Positions 41,373 to 51,429 are shown, counted from the first letter of the stretch. The stretch: 64,000 bases of DNA from Pseudomonas sp. (GCA_030699825.1 JAUYKV010000069.1:8421-72420); one strand, 5' to 3'. The notes: a model not told the origin generated them from the sequence alone. Made by a program: numbers and translations.

Positions 41373-42449
41373 ATGGCTGACCTACCGATCAATGACCTTA
41401 ACGTTGCCTCCAACGAAACCCTGATCACACCCGATCAGCTAAAGCGCGAAATTCCGCTGACCGATGCCGCACTGCACACTGTCGCCACTGGCCGCCAGGT
41501 GATTCGCGACATCCTCGATGGTAAAGACCATCGCTTGTTCGTGGTAGTCGGCCCCTGCTCGATTCACGATATCAAAGCCGCCCACGAATACGCCGAACGC
41601 CTCAAGGCACTCGCGGCAGAAGTGTCGGACAGCCTGTACCTGGTGATGCGCGTGTACTTTGAAAAGCCGCGCACCACGGTGGGCTGGAAAGGGTTGATCA
41701 ACGACCCCTACCTGGACGACTCGTTCAAGATTCAGGACGGCCTGCATATCGGCCGCCAGTTGCTGCTCGACCTGGCGGCAATGGGCCTGCCAACCGCTAC
41801 CGAGGCACTCGATCCGATCTCACCGCAATATTTGCAGGATCTGATCAGCTGGTCGGCCATCGGCGCACGCACCACCGAATCGCAAACCCACCGCGAAATG
41901 GCCTCTGGCTTGTCCTCGGCGGTTGGCTTCAAGAACGGCACCGACGGCGGCCTGACCGTAGCGATCAACGCGTTGCAATCGGTTTCCAGCCCGCATCGCT
42001 TCCTCGGCATCAATCAGGAAGGTGGCGTGTCCATCGTCACCACCAAGGGCAATGCCTACGGTCATGTGGTGCTGCGCGGCGGCAATGGCAAGCCCAACTA
42101 CGACTCGGTCAGCGTTGCTGTTTGCGAGCAGGAACTGACCAAGGCCGGTATTCGCCCGAACATCATGGTCGACTGCAGCCATGCCAACTCGAACAAGGAT
42201 CCGGCGCTGCAACCCCTGGTCATGGACAACGTTGCCAACCAGATCCTCGAAGGCAACCAGTCGATCGTTGGCCTGATGGTCGAGAGCCACCTGGGCTGGG
42301 GCAACCAGTCGATACCGAAAGACCTCAATCAGCTGAAATACGGCGTGTCCGTCACCGATGCCTGCATCGACTGGGACAGCACCGAAAAAACCCTGCGCGG
42401 CATGCACGCCAAACTCAAGGATGTGCTGCCCAAGCGTCACCGCAGTTAA
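41373..42449 (+). CDS. Class I-alpha DAHP synthase
   Basis: GPCSIHD, RVYFEKPRTTVGWKGL, IGARTTESQ, DCSHANS. Confidence 0.95.
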   Translation: MADLPINDLNVASNETLITPDQLKREIPLTDAALHTVATGRQVIRDILDGKDHRLFVVVGPCSIHDIKAAHEYAERLKALAAEVSDSLYLVMRVYFEKPRTTVGWKGLINDPYLDDSFKIQDGLHIGRQLLLDLAAMGLPTATEALDPISPQYLQDLISWSAIGARTTESQTHREMASGLSSAVGFKNGTDGGLTVAINALQSVSSPHRFLGINQEGGVSIVTTKGNAYGHVVLRGGNGKPNYDSVSVAVCEQELTKAGIRPNIMVDCSHANSNKDPALQPLVMDNVANQILEGNQSIVGLMVESHLGWGNQSIPKDLNQLKYGVSVTDACIDWDSTEKTLRGMHAKLKDVLPKRHRS

Positions 42450-42460
42450 ACGCCACACGC

Positions 42461-42493
42461 ATAAAAAAGCCGGGCGATGCCCGGCTTTTTTAT
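42461..42493. terminator. Bidirectional intrinsic terminator
   Basis: ATAAAAAAGCCGGGC-GAT-GCCCGGCTTTTTTAT between convergent genes. Confidence 0.9.
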
Positions 42494-42506
42494 ATAAACC
42501 TCTGTG

Positions 42507-42788
42507 TCAGCCTTTGACACTATGGCGCTGACGACGCTCCATATATCGCTCGACGTAGGAACAAGAGGGGATCACCGTGTATTCCATGTGTTCCGCGTAC
42601 TGCAAGGCATGCTCGGTCAAGGCGGCGGCAATGCCACGACCACGCAACGAATTCGGCACGAAGGTACGGTAAATATCCAAGGTCTGCTTCCCCAGATCCA
42701 TATAGGCCAGGTACGCACGATCACCATCCACTGTGGTCTCGAACTGGTGACCCTTGAGGTCATGGTGAATGGACAACGCCTCGCTCAT
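42507..42788 (-). CDS. Small GNAT (YjdJ-type) acetyltransferase
   Basis: TFVPNSLRGRGIAAAL...VIPSCSYV. Confidence 0.88.
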   Translation of the reverse strand: MSEALSIHHDLKGHQFETTVDGDRAYLAYMDLGKQTLDIYRTFVPNSLRGRGIAAALTEHALQYAEHMEYTVIPSCSYVERYMERRQRHSVKG

Positions 42789-42932
42789 TACAACTCCTCT
42801 GAAAGTAACCTGCCAACCATAGCGTACCTTAGCGATATTTTCCCGTCGAAGCGACCTCGGCATTGCGCCATCATCGCACGCGCAGTCGCAATGGTAAGCA
42901 TTGACCGGCACTGTCAGCCCGGCTTGCCTTGC

Positions 42933-44309
42933 CTAGAACACACTCAAGAAAGCGATGCAGCACAGCACCGCAATTACCGGAACCATCACCGTCACGATGA
43001 AAATGTCTTTGTAAGCCTGCTTGTGGGTCAAGCCCATGATCATCAGCATGGCAATCACTGCTCCACAGTGCGGCAGCGAGTCAAACCCACCCGAGGCAAT
43101 AGCGGCTATTCGGTGAAGAACTTCGGGTTCGACGCCCATTTCCAGGTATTTTGGCGCCAGGCTCTGCATGAATATCTGCAAGCCACCGGAGGAGGAGCCG
43201 ACGATTCCGGAAACCACACTGACCGAGGCGAATACCGACAACAGCGGCGGCAAGTCAACCGCCAGAATCCACTGGGCAAACTGGCCAAAGCCAGGCGTCT
43301 GGATGACCACGCCACCAAAACCAATCACCGCAGCGGTGTTCAGCAGCGGCATGATCGCATCGTCGGCGCCCTGTCCGAGCAACGCCAGCGTATTGCGCCG
43401 CAAGCCCGCGAACAGCATGACCGCAACCGCAGTGGCGAGCACCAGAGCCAGGCTCGGCCAGAGAATGGGTTGCTGTTGACTGAATTCCAGCAACGGCCCC
43501 AGCACGCCCAGCCCGGGATCGACTGCACCACTCAACAACAGCAGGCGCGGTAGCATGATAATGCCCAGCACCATCAGGATAGGCACCAGAGCCAAGCTCC
43601 AATGTGGCCCGGCGCCCGGCGCGCTGGCCAATTGCTCCATGCGCAAATCCTGCGCATTGGCCTCGAACCCCTCGCCGCGCTCGCGCGCCAGGCGCCATTC
43701 ACGCTGAACATAAGCCATGCCCAGCGCCATCATCAACACGCTCGCGGCCACACCGATCCAGGCACCGGCAAACAGGTCGGTACCCAAGGCGCTGGCGGCG
43801 ATGACATTGTGAATCGAGGGTGTGCCCGGCATCGCAGTCATGGTGAAGGTACCGGCGCCCAAGGCGGTGGCAGCGCAGAATAGACGCTTGGGCAGGTTGG
43901 CCTCACGCATCAAGCTGATGCCCAGCGGATACATGGTAAAGATCACCACGAACACCACCACCCCACCATATGTCAGCAATGCACAAACCAGCATGGTGAC
44001 CCACAGAGTCCGGCTAATGCCGAGGCTGCGCGTTATCGCCTGAGCGATGCTGCTGGCCGCCTGGCTTGCGGCCATGACCTTGCCAAATATGGCACCGCAA
44101 AGAAACAACACGAAGAACTTGCCGGCAAAGGTGAAGGCGCCCAAGGGGCCGAAAGGGAAATACTCGAGTAGTGCCTTTGGGGCTTCCAAGCCATTGCTCA
44201 GCGCCACCACCAAGGCGCAAAACAAGGCCGCAATGAATATATTCACCCCACGCAGTGCCATGAACATCAGTAAGGCCAAACCCGCCAACAACCCCGCATT
44301 CCCGAGCAT
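42933..44309 (-). CDS. GntP-family permease (organic acid; substrate uncertain)
   Basis: LTYGGVVVFVVIF, TFTMTAMPGTPSIHN, GIVGSSSGG, DSLPHCGA; many TM segments. Confidence 0.85.
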   Translation of the reverse strand: MLGNAGLLAGLALLMFMALRGVNIFIAALFCALVVALSNGLEAPKALLEYFPFGPLGAFTFAGKFFVLFLCGAIFGKVMAASQAASSIAQAITRSLGISRTLWVTMLVCALLTYGGVVVFVVIFTMYPLGISLMREANLPKRLFCAATALGAGTFTMTAMPGTPSIHNVIAASALGTDLFAGAWIGVAASVLMMALGMAYVQREWRLARERGEGFEANAQDLRMEQLASAPGAGPHWSLALVPILMVLGIIMLPRLLLLSGAVDPGLGVLGPLLEFSQQQPILWPSLALVLATAVAVMLFAGLRRNTLALLGQGADDAIMPLLNTAAVIGFGGVVIQTPGFGQFAQWILAVDLPPLLSVFASVSVVSGIVGSSSGGLQIFMQSLAPKYLEMGVEPEVLHRIAAIASGGFDSLPHCGAVIAMLMIMGLTHKQAYKDIFIVTVMVPVIAVLCCIAFLSVF

Positions 44310-44831
44310 GTGCAACCCTCCATTATTCTTGTATTTGTCAGCCCATCTTCAAAAACCACAGCGCATGTCCTGCCCTCTCAGCCCAGGCCAGCCCCCGTTC
44401 ACCAAGCCCGGCAAGCGGCCTTGTGAAGCCCCGCGGAGTCCAAGCATCAAACCCTGCCCAACGTGTATCCGCAACGCAGATACCGCAGAACCCGATCACT
44501 GAGGGGCGTGCCAAAACAATGGGAGGCTCAGGCCGTGAGCAGGCTGTCGTGCTTATGACACTTCATCGCCGGGTCCCGGTAGCTGTGAATGCGAGGCGTT
44601 TTATAACAGTAAACTCCGCGACACAGTAGAAACAACGCGGCCGCCATGTTTTTCATACAAAGCCCTCACAACTTGCCACCGCGCCCTTGCGGCTTGACCC
44701 AGATAAAAAAAACATGTCGCGCTTGCACCGCCTACATTTACTTACTAAAAGTTATAGGTAGTATGTACGCCGGCTAATTTCCTACTATTTGGAAATTGCT
44801 TTTACGGAAAATTCCACTCAAGGGGAACACG

Positions 44832-45083
44832 ATGAACAACGTTCTGAAATTCTCTGCTCTGGCTTTGGCCGCAGTTCTGGCTACCGGTTGCAGCAGCATG
44901 TCCAAAGAAACTGAAGCACGTCTGACCGCTACCGAAGACGCCGCTGCTCGCGCTCAAGCCCGCGCCGATGAAGCCTATCGCAAGGCTGATGACGCAATGG
45001 CAGCCGCTCTGAAGGCTCAGCAAACTGCTGACGAAGCCAATGAGCGCGCTCTACGTATGCTGGAAAAAGCCAGCCGCAAGTAA
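44832..45083 (+). CDS. oprI: Major outer membrane lipoprotein OprI
   Basis: [22 protein letters not shown] lipobox...[13 protein letters not shown]. Confidence 0.98.
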   Translation: MNNVLKFSALALAAVLATGCSSMSKETEARLTATEDAAARAQARADEAYRKADDAMAAALKAQQTADEANERALRMLEKASRK

Positions 45084-45102
45084 TAGCCCTTCAAGGCTAA
45101 CT

Positions 45103-45131
45103 AAGCCGATCCTTCAGGGATCGGCTTTTTT
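45103..45131 (+). terminator. oprI terminator
   Basis: AAGCCGATCC-TTCAG-GGATCGGCTTTTTT. Confidence 0.85.
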
Positions 45132-45322
45132 ATGGGCGCACCGGGCAGGGTAACGACGTTTTGCAGGTAGTTGACCTGCCGATCCGACGCTCACACGCAC
45201 AACCATCGCCAAGGCATCGTGCGATAAAAGGGGGCAATGCCCTAAGCAATTAAATCACTGCCGGCCGATGGCCTTCGTGTTCGGCCGGGTAGGCACGCCC
45301 AGCCGGGGATGGCCGCAGCTCC

Positions 45323-45481
45323 GTGGCGACGGCGGAAGCTGGCCAGGGTGTCGTGATCCGGGTGCTGGTCGCAGGCGATAAACCGGAACGCCAGGGAGAC
45401 ATAGCTGGCTCGCTCGATCTTGCGGCTTGGATACGCTCCCGAGGCATAACCGTAGATCAGCAACGACAGCAACATTGCCGA
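45323..45481 (-). pseudogene. IS1182/IS5-type transposase N-terminal (DUF772-like) remnant
   Basis: SAMLLSLLIYGYASGAYPSRKIERASYVSLAFRFIACDQHPDHDTLASFRRRH; no catalytic domain or IRs seen. Confidence 0.8.
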
Positions 45482-45786
45482 CTGGCCGGCATTCCTGGCT
45501 GGGCGTACAAGCCGATTATGACCTGTGGCAAGCGAGGCATCGCGAGCAGCCCCATATCGAGCGCTTTGCCGCCATCGCTTAGCTCGGATGCAGGCGCTTA
45601 GGGGGCCAAAGCAAATACATCCTATCGAATCTAGCCTTGTTCGCGAATGGATATTGGCTCGGCCGATCGGGCGACAAAACACTTATCTTGGTTGTCCGGA
45701 AAAACGCGACCACTAAAGCAGATCCGCCGGGCTGTCGCTGCGCGACGAACGGGATCACTGCTCAAGCAACGCCGATCGGGGCTTTT

Positions 45787-45846
45787 GTAGGATGGTGCGG
45801 GCGGCGATCCGTCGGGCCGCGTAGGATGAGCGCAGCGATACCCATC
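45787..45846. repeat. REP remnant (…GAGCGCAGCGATACCCATC family)
   Basis: Shares CGGGCCGCGTAGG..TGAGCGCAGCGATACCCATC with 51187-51220. Confidence 0.7.
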
Positions 45847-45965
45847 GGCGTTCGGCCAATCAATGCCGTAATCCCATCAGCCCCAGCATGCAGCTTCATC
45901 CGATTGCCCTGGCAGCAATGTCTTCAGGCCTTATACTGCCGCCCTTTGCGTAAAGGCCCTGCTTC

Positions 45966-46433
45966 GTGGCGAACAAACGATACAGCTGCATTGGTTTATT
46001 CAACCCCAAATCCCCGGAGAACGTCGGTGCGGTGATGCGCGCCGCCGGTTGCTATGGCGCGGCCTCGGTGTTCTACACCGGCACCCGTTATGAACGTGCC
46101 CGCGACTTCGTCACCGACACCAAGCGCATCTATATGGATATTCCACTGATCGGCATCGACGATCTGCAGAAGATCATCCCGCTGGGCTGCACGCCGGTTG
46201 CGGTGGAATTGGTCGAGGGCGCGCGGCCGCTGCCGCAGTACACCCACCCGGATCGGGCGATCTACATCTTCGGCCCGGAAGACGGCTCGCTGAACAAGGA
46301 GATCCGCGCCTGGTGCGAGGATGTGATCTACATCCCCACCCAGGGCTGCATGAACCTGGCGGCCACGGTCAATGTGGTGCTCTACGACCGCATGGCCAAG
46401 GGCAATAACACCAAGTCGGGGCCCAAGTTCTAG
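45966..46433 (+). CDS. SpoU/TrmH-family RNA methyltransferase
   Basis: PKSPENVGAVMRAA, IFGPEDGSL, MNLAATVNVVLYDR. Confidence 0.9.
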   Translation: MANKRYSCIGLFNPKSPENVGAVMRAAGCYGAASVFYTGTRYERARDFVTDTKRIYMDIPLIGIDDLQKIIPLGCTPVAVELVEGARPLPQYTHPDRAIYIFGPEDGSLNKEIRAWCEDVIYIPTQGCMNLAATVNVVLYDRMAKGNNTKSGPKF

Positions 46434-46459
46434 ACGACCGGGCCCAGCCGGCGCAGGCA

Positions 46460-47695
46460 TTACTTCTTCAGCAGCTTGCTGTCGAGCACCTTGGAAGCGC
46501 CGCCCATCACGTTCTCGCTGATCTCGATGAAGTCCTGGGTGCTGACCTTGTCCAGGCGCATCAGGCCACGGGTGACATCGTCCAGCGAACGAGGCTCGGT
46601 ACTGCCCTTGGTCTGCTGGCGGATTTCCCGATCCAGCTCCTGCAGCAACAGGACTGCGCGAGCGGTCACCGCACCGCTGGCATTAGCGCTGCGCAGGCTC
46701 TTCACCGGCTTACTCCACTCCACTTGTTGCTCGCGAACCTTCTGGTAGCGCTCTTCGCTCAGCCCCCCCGCGCGGCGCACCAGTTCGATGGCGTAGTACT
46801 CGGCCAGCCCTTCGGTGATCCAGTCGCTGCGATCGCGCGACTGGATGCGGCCGAACACGTGTACCAGTTCGTGCACCAGCGAACTGGTGCCGTTTTCGCT
46901 GATCAGCGGGCGGTCGGCGTGCATGTAGTAGGAATTGGCCGCCGACAGGCCGCCGCGCCACATCGGATCGCCGGCACCGACGATCAGCAACTTGCCCGGG
47001 TCGCGCGGGAACACCGCCTGGGCTTCCGGCCAGACGAAGGTCAACAGGGTGAGAATATCCATGCGGCGCATGCCCTCGCCGATCGGCGCGGCGACGGTCA
47101 CGTCGGTCTCGCCGAGCCTGGCGCGGCGTGTGCCTATCTTGCCGGCGACGATCCAGCCGGTCGGGCGATCGAACTTGCGCTGCGGGTTGTCGATGCGGAA
47201 CCTGTGCTTGCCGATCCGCGGCCAGCCGGTCTCGACGCCGCGCCAGCCCTTGGGCAACTGGAATTGCAGGCGCGCGACCAGCTCGGTCTTGTCCTGTTGA
47301 CGCAGTTTGGCGCTGGGCACCAGGTCGTCGCCGCGCAGCAAGGCCCAGTCCTCGGTCATGCGGGCATCGAAACCGTCATTCGCACGCGGCCGGCTGATCC
47401 GCACGCGGTAGCTCAGCTTCGCCACGCCTTTGCCTGGCTCCCAGACTCCGCGCTCGGGGCTTTCCTGGGTCCACTCACCGTCGCCGCTGAAGTCGCTGTA
47501 ATAGCCCTCGTCGCCCAGATTGAACGACAGGCTGCGGACTCGCTCGCCGTCCTCCAGGGTCAGGCTGACTTCGGCCTGATCGCTCTCCGGCAGAAAACGC
47601 ACGTGGTAATCCAGGTCGACCTTCTGCGCCGCCCACAGGGGCGTGGCGCACAGACTCAACAACAGGGCGGGCAACAGGTTGCGGCGAATCGACAT
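46460..47695 (-). CDS. Secreted gluzincin-like (M61/M1-related) putative metallopeptidase
   Basis: Signal peptide; HELVH followed by WITEGLAEYY. Confidence 0.72.
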   Translation of the reverse strand: MSIRRNLLPALLLSLCATPLWAAQKVDLDYHVRFLPESDQAEVSLTLEDGERVRSLSFNLGDEGYYSDFSGDGEWTQESPERGVWEPGKGVAKLSYRVRISRPRANDGFDARMTEDWALLRGDDLVPSAKLRQQDKTELVARLQFQLPKGWRGVETGWPRIGKHRFRIDNPQRKFDRPTGWIVAGKIGTRRARLGETDVTVAAPIGEGMRRMDILTLLTFVWPEAQAVFPRDPGKLLIVGAGDPMWRGGLSAANSYYMHADRPLISENGTSSLVHELVHVFGRIQSRDRSDWITEGLAEYYAIELVRRAGGLSEERYQKVREQQVEWSKPVKSLRSANASGAVTARAVLLLQELDREIRQQTKGSTEPRSLDDVTRGLMRLDKVSTQDFIEISENVMGGASKVLDSKLLKK

Positions 47696-47819
47696 AAGGG
47701 ACAGTTCCTTTGTGGGACAGGGCGGTGCATTGCATAGACTGTATATAGACTATGCAATTCAATATAAGCCGACCGTTATGGCTTTTTAAGGGCCATGTTC
47801 AGGTTATGAGGAGGCCAAA

Positions 47820-47871
47820 TGCAGGAGCCCGCCGTCGCAGACACCGCGCTGTCGCGCAGAAAACTGGAGGC
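47820..47871. repeat. Dispersed ~50-bp REP-associated repeat, inverted copy at 61264-61318
   Basis: The reverse complement GCCTCCAGTTTTCTGCGCGACAGCGCGGTGTCTG... matches GCCTCCAGTTTGCTGCGCGACAGCGCGGCGTCTG... at 61264. Confidence 0.8.
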
Positions 47872-47882
47872 TTCCCGTTGTC

Positions 47883-47949
47883 GTAGGAGCGGCTTCAGCC
47901 GCGAAGCTTTGCTGTGCCGCGAAGAATTCGCGGCTGAAGCCGCTCCTAC
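47883..47949. repeat. REP doublet (REPIN)
   Basis: GTAGGAGCGGCTTCAGCCGCGAA...TTCGCGGCTGAAGCCGCTCCTAC perfect inverted pair. Confidence 0.9.
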
Positions 47950-48035
47950 ATAAACGCAACAACCCATAAAATCAATGACATACAGGTTTTTTGATAAGAG
48001 CGCTCTAGCGGCGTTGTGCTAGGCGGCACAAGGCT

Positions 48036-48485
48036 TCAGCCGGCGCGGAAAATCAGGTGCTCTTCCCAATCGTCCTCGCCCACGCTGTTTTCGCTGAGCA
48101 TGCGCCCGGACTGGGAAATACGCTGCTGGTGCACCTGGTCCGGATCGCCGCAGACCAGGTGATGCCACAACAGCAGGTCCTTGCCCTCGCTGACCAGGCG
48201 ATAGGCGCAAGTCGGCGGCAGCCACTGGAACTGGTCGGCCTGGGCCGGGGTGAGCTGGATGCAATCGGGCACGGACGCTCGACGATTGCTGTAGTCGCTG
48301 CAGCGGCAGCTCTTCAAGTCAAGCAGCTTGCAGGCGATGCGCGTGTAATAGACGCTGCCGTCGTCGTCATCCTCGAGTTTTTGCAGGCAGCACAGGCCAC
48401 AGCCATCGCACAGCGACTCCCACTCGTCCTGATCGAGTTGCTCGAGGGTTTTGCGTTTCCAGAAGGGTTCGACTTTGGCGGCCAT
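48036..48485 (-). CDS. ycgN: YcgN-family cysteine-cluster protein (UPF0260)
   Basis: [14 protein letters not shown]...IACKLLD...C.C..Y...DC...WLPPTCAY. Confidence 0.9.
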   Translation of the reverse strand: MAAKVEPFWKRKTLEQLDQDEWESLCDGCGLCCLQKLEDDDDGSVYYTRIACKLLDLKSCRCSDYSNRRASVPDCIQLTPAQADQFQWLPPTCAYRLVSEGKDLLLWHHLVCGDPDQVHQQRISQSGRMLSENSVGEDDWEEHLIFRAG

Positions 48486-48799
48486 GGCGAGGATACGGTG
48501 ACTGGCGAAAAGGCCGGCAGTTTAACAGCCTGTCGAACTTAACGCTGCCCTACTGCGGAAAGCCGCCGGCCTCAGCGATCGTGAGAAAATCGAGTGCCGC
48601 AGCGGCGTTTCCAGGCGTTCGTGGCGGCGAGTCGAGGGGTTCGGCATGTGCTATACCATCGAAAGCAGGAAAAAGCAGCGAGGAACACGCAGCGCCGATA
48701 TTCAGCCCGAATATTGATGCCGTTCATTAGCGCTATTAGACCGATTCAATTTCGGCTGTACAGGCCTGCCAGAGGCCTTCACACACAGAGGTTGATCTC

Positions 48800-49069
48800 A
48801 TGACTACGATGCAATGCACCCACCGCGACCACATCATCATCGCCGATGTCGTGGAGCATCCCGGCATCCCCACGCCCTGGGCCGGCGGCTGTCATATCAC
48901 CACCCCGGACGGCCGCACCACCCGACGGCTGCCGCTGCCCCTCGAGCAGGCCTTTCTCGCCGAACTGGAAAGTGCCCAGCGTGCATCCATCGCACACGGC
49001 AAATGGCTGGTTGATCAATGCCTGGATCAAGGCGTGGCACTCTTCGACAAACCCGCTACCAAGGTTTGA
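48800..49069 (+). CDS. Hypothetical 89-aa protein
   Basis: GAGG RBS before the ATG, GC3-rich codons, protein-like composition; no family recognised. Confidence 0.65.
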   Translation: MTTMQCTHRDHIIIADVVEHPGIPTPWAGGCHITTPDGRTTRRLPLPLEQAFLAELESAQRASIAHGKWLVDQCLDQGVALFDKPATKV

Positions 49070-49133
49070 CAACCCTGGACGGCGTTTTCGTCGGACTCGG
49101 GTATACGCGAGCACTCCCGGTGCTCGCGTCGAA

Positions 49134-49751
49134 TCAGAGGACGTAGAACAGGATCGCGACGAAATGCAGCAGGCTGCCGACCATGACGAACAGGTGCCAG
49201 ATGCCGTGCCAATGACGGAAGCGGGTGTCGTAGACGAAAAAAATGATCCCTACCGTGTAGAACATTCCGCCCGCCGCCAACCAGGCGAAGCCCGCAGTGC
49301 CCAGGCTGGCGAGTAGCGGTTTGACCGCCACCAGGACGATCCAGCCCATCAGCGCATAGATGACCAGCGACAACACCCGGGCCTCGGAGCGCGGCTTGAT
49401 CTCCTGCAGCATGCCGATCAGCGCCAGCACCCAGACCACCGCAAACAGCGACCAGCCCCAGGGGCCGCGCAAGGTCACCAGGCAGAACGGCGTGTAACTG
49501 CCGGCAATCAGCAGGTAGATCGACAGGTGATCGATCTTGCGCATGATCACCTTCGCCCGCCCCTGCACGCTGTGATAGATCGTCGAGACGCTGTAGAGCA
49601 GCAGCAAGGTGGCGCCGTAGATGGCGACACTGACGATCTTCATCGGCTCGCCATCCAGGCTCGCCAGCACCAGTAGCCAGAGCGCGCCAACGCACGCCAG
49701 CACTGCACCCACCAGGTGGGTCCAGGCGTTGAATTTTTCCCCGTAGTACAT
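49134..49751 (-). CDS. Hemolysin III / PAQR-family membrane protein (TrhA-like)
   Basis: EKFNAWTH, STIYH, DHLSIYLLIAGSYTP, HGIWHLFV. Confidence 0.92.
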   Translation of the reverse strand: MYYGEKFNAWTHLVGAVLACVGALWLLVLASLDGEPMKIVSVAIYGATLLLLYSVSTIYHSVQGRAKVIMRKIDHLSIYLLIAGSYTPFCLVTLRGPWGWSLFAVVWVLALIGMLQEIKPRSEARVLSLVIYALMGWIVLVAVKPLLASLGTAGFAWLAAGGMFYTVGIIFFVYDTRFRHWHGIWHLFVMVGSLLHFVAILFYVL

Positions 49752-49943
49752 GTGTCAGCAACCTCGATCTACTATTGCGCAACACGTAGCCAGGCTTGCC
49801 GTGCACCGCGCGGTGCACGGTAAACGATGCACGGCAAAGCCTTTCGAGCGGACGCGAATCAATGAATGCTGGCTCATGAGCCTGCCGGCTGAACCCGGGA
49901 GTGCCCGCACAACGGCAACTGAACGGAAGCTCGGCGCGGATAT

Positions 49944-50303
49944 TCAGGTACTGAAGGAGGCATGAGACGGGCGAAAGAGTGTGACCAGCATGATCGAGTC
50001 GGTCTTGGCCTGCAGGACATGCTCGGCCTCTTCGGCCAGGTACATCAGATCGTTGTCACGCATTTCATGCCATGTGCCCTGGGCCTGCACCGCAACGCAG
50101 CCCTGCAGACAATGCAGGGTGAGCGGGCCGGCCACGGCGTGCCCGGGAATGACTTTACCGGCCTGCAACACCAGTCGCATGACTTCGATGCGAGGGGCGC
50201 TGACAATTGCCTGGGAGATGAAATCAGGTGACTCTGCGCCAGACAGCAATGTGGCAGACAGCAGATTGACCACTTCTCCCGATGCGGCGTGCTTCAAGGC
50301 CAT
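49944..50303 (-). CDS. Cupin-domain protein
   Basis: HAASGEVV..EVMRLVLQAGKVIPGHAVAGPLTLHCLQG...H.L.A. Confidence 0.8.
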   Translation of the reverse strand: MALKHAASGEVVNLLSATLLSGAESPDFISQAIVSAPRIEVMRLVLQAGKVIPGHAVAGPLTLHCLQGCVAVQAQGTWHEMRDNDLMYLAEEAEHVLQAKTDSIMLVTLFRPSHASFST

Positions 50304-50375
50304 GATCGAGCCTCGCCATTGGAGGATGAACCCTCAAGGTAGTCGAGTGCGCCGGAAGGTGTCCAATCATGGCTC

Positions 50376-50597
50376 CTAGCCACGAGGTTTGCTGCGCAAT
50401 GGGTCGAGCAAGGACGACAGACCGTTATGATCGATTTCCTGCATCAACTCCAGCAGGCGGCCGATCTCGCCCGCCGGGAAGCCTTCGCGGGCAAACCAGT
50501 TGAGGTAGCGGCCCGGCAGGTCGGCGATCAAGCGGCCCTTGTATTTGCCGAACGGCATTTCGCGGGTCACCAGCAGCTGCAGGTCTTCGGGTTTCAT
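50376..50597 (-). CDS. DUF3820-family protein
   Basis: MPFGKYKGRLIADLPGRYLNWF...EIDHNGL. Confidence 0.88.
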   Translation of the reverse strand: MKPEDLQLLVTREMPFGKYKGRLIADLPGRYLNWFAREGFPAGEIGRLLELMQEIDHNGLSSLLDPLRSKPRG

Positions 50598-50779
50598 TGA
50601 GCACTCTAGGTCATGGGTGCGCATGGGTAACGTGGCTCGGCCATGCGGGGCATGCGCGCAATTATGCCTACAGCCCTGGTTGGCGCAATAGCTCCTGCCA
50701 TGCGACCAACGCACAGGCCGGCGCCGGCAAACTCGGGTAAGCTTTGCGCCTGCCATTTTCTACCCAGGGTTGTCACACA

Positions 50780-51151
50780 ATGCTTATCAAGGCACTCAGA
50801 ATCGGTCTCGGCCAGTTGATCGTGTTTCTCGACTTCATCACCCGCCCGCGCAAGCTCAAGCGTGCGCCCGAGGCGCAGGCCGCGGTCGCACAAGCTGCCA
50901 GCGGCCTGGCGCTGTACCAGTTTCATGCCTGCCCGTTCTGCGTGAAGACCCGCCGCACCCTGCACAAGCTCAACGTGCCGGTCACCCTGCGCGACGCCAA
51001 GAACGACGAGCAGCATCGCCAGGCCCTGCTGGAGCAAGGCGGCAAGATCAAGGTGCCGTGCCTGCGCATCGAGGACAACGGCCAGAGCACCTGGCTGTAT
51101 GAGTCCAAGGCGATCATCGCCTATCTCAACGAGCGCTTCGCGCCTGCCTGA
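50780..51151 (+). CDS. Glutaredoxin / GST-N-like protein
   Basis: LYQFHACPFCVK...KVPCLRI...YESKAII. Confidence 0.88.
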   Translation: MLIKALRIGLGQLIVFLDFITRPRKLKRAPEAQAAVAQAASGLALYQFHACPFCVKTRRTLHKLNVPVTLRDAKNDEQHRQALLEQGGKIKVPCLRIEDNGQSTWLYESKAIIAYLNERFAPA

Positions 51152-51193
51152 GACGCGCCCGCTACGGAGCTCTTGCAGGATTTGGCGGGCCGC

Positions 51194-51300
51194 GTAGGTT
51201 TGAGCGCAGCGATACCCATCGACCGGTTGCCCAGCCGCCGAGGTTGTTTATTTACCGCAGATCGCTGTGATGGGTATCGCTTCGCTCAACGCCATCCTAC
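51194..51300. repeat. REP doublet
   Basis: GTAGGTTTGAGCGCAGCGATACCCATC...GATGGGTATCGCTTCGCTCAACGCCATCCTAC. Confidence 0.8.
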
Positions 51301-51429
51301 GGATCAATGCTCGGGCCGCGACCTCGTTGCCTGCTCAGGTCCGGTCTTTTTTGCAACGACGTAGCCCGAATAAGCCTCGGCGCAATCCGGGAGCTGATGC
51401 TCAGGCGCGGCAATCTCCAGCCATGCCGG

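Noticed and set aside
44499-44514. TGGCACG (minus strand) as a sigma54 promoter for the GntP permease
   Set aside because: The -12 position reads TCAG rather than TGC, so GG-N10-GC is not satisfied
44316-44830. Possible tRNA or integration site upstream of oprI
   Set aside because: No TTCGA T-loop with cloverleaf arms or CCA end, and no integrase nearby
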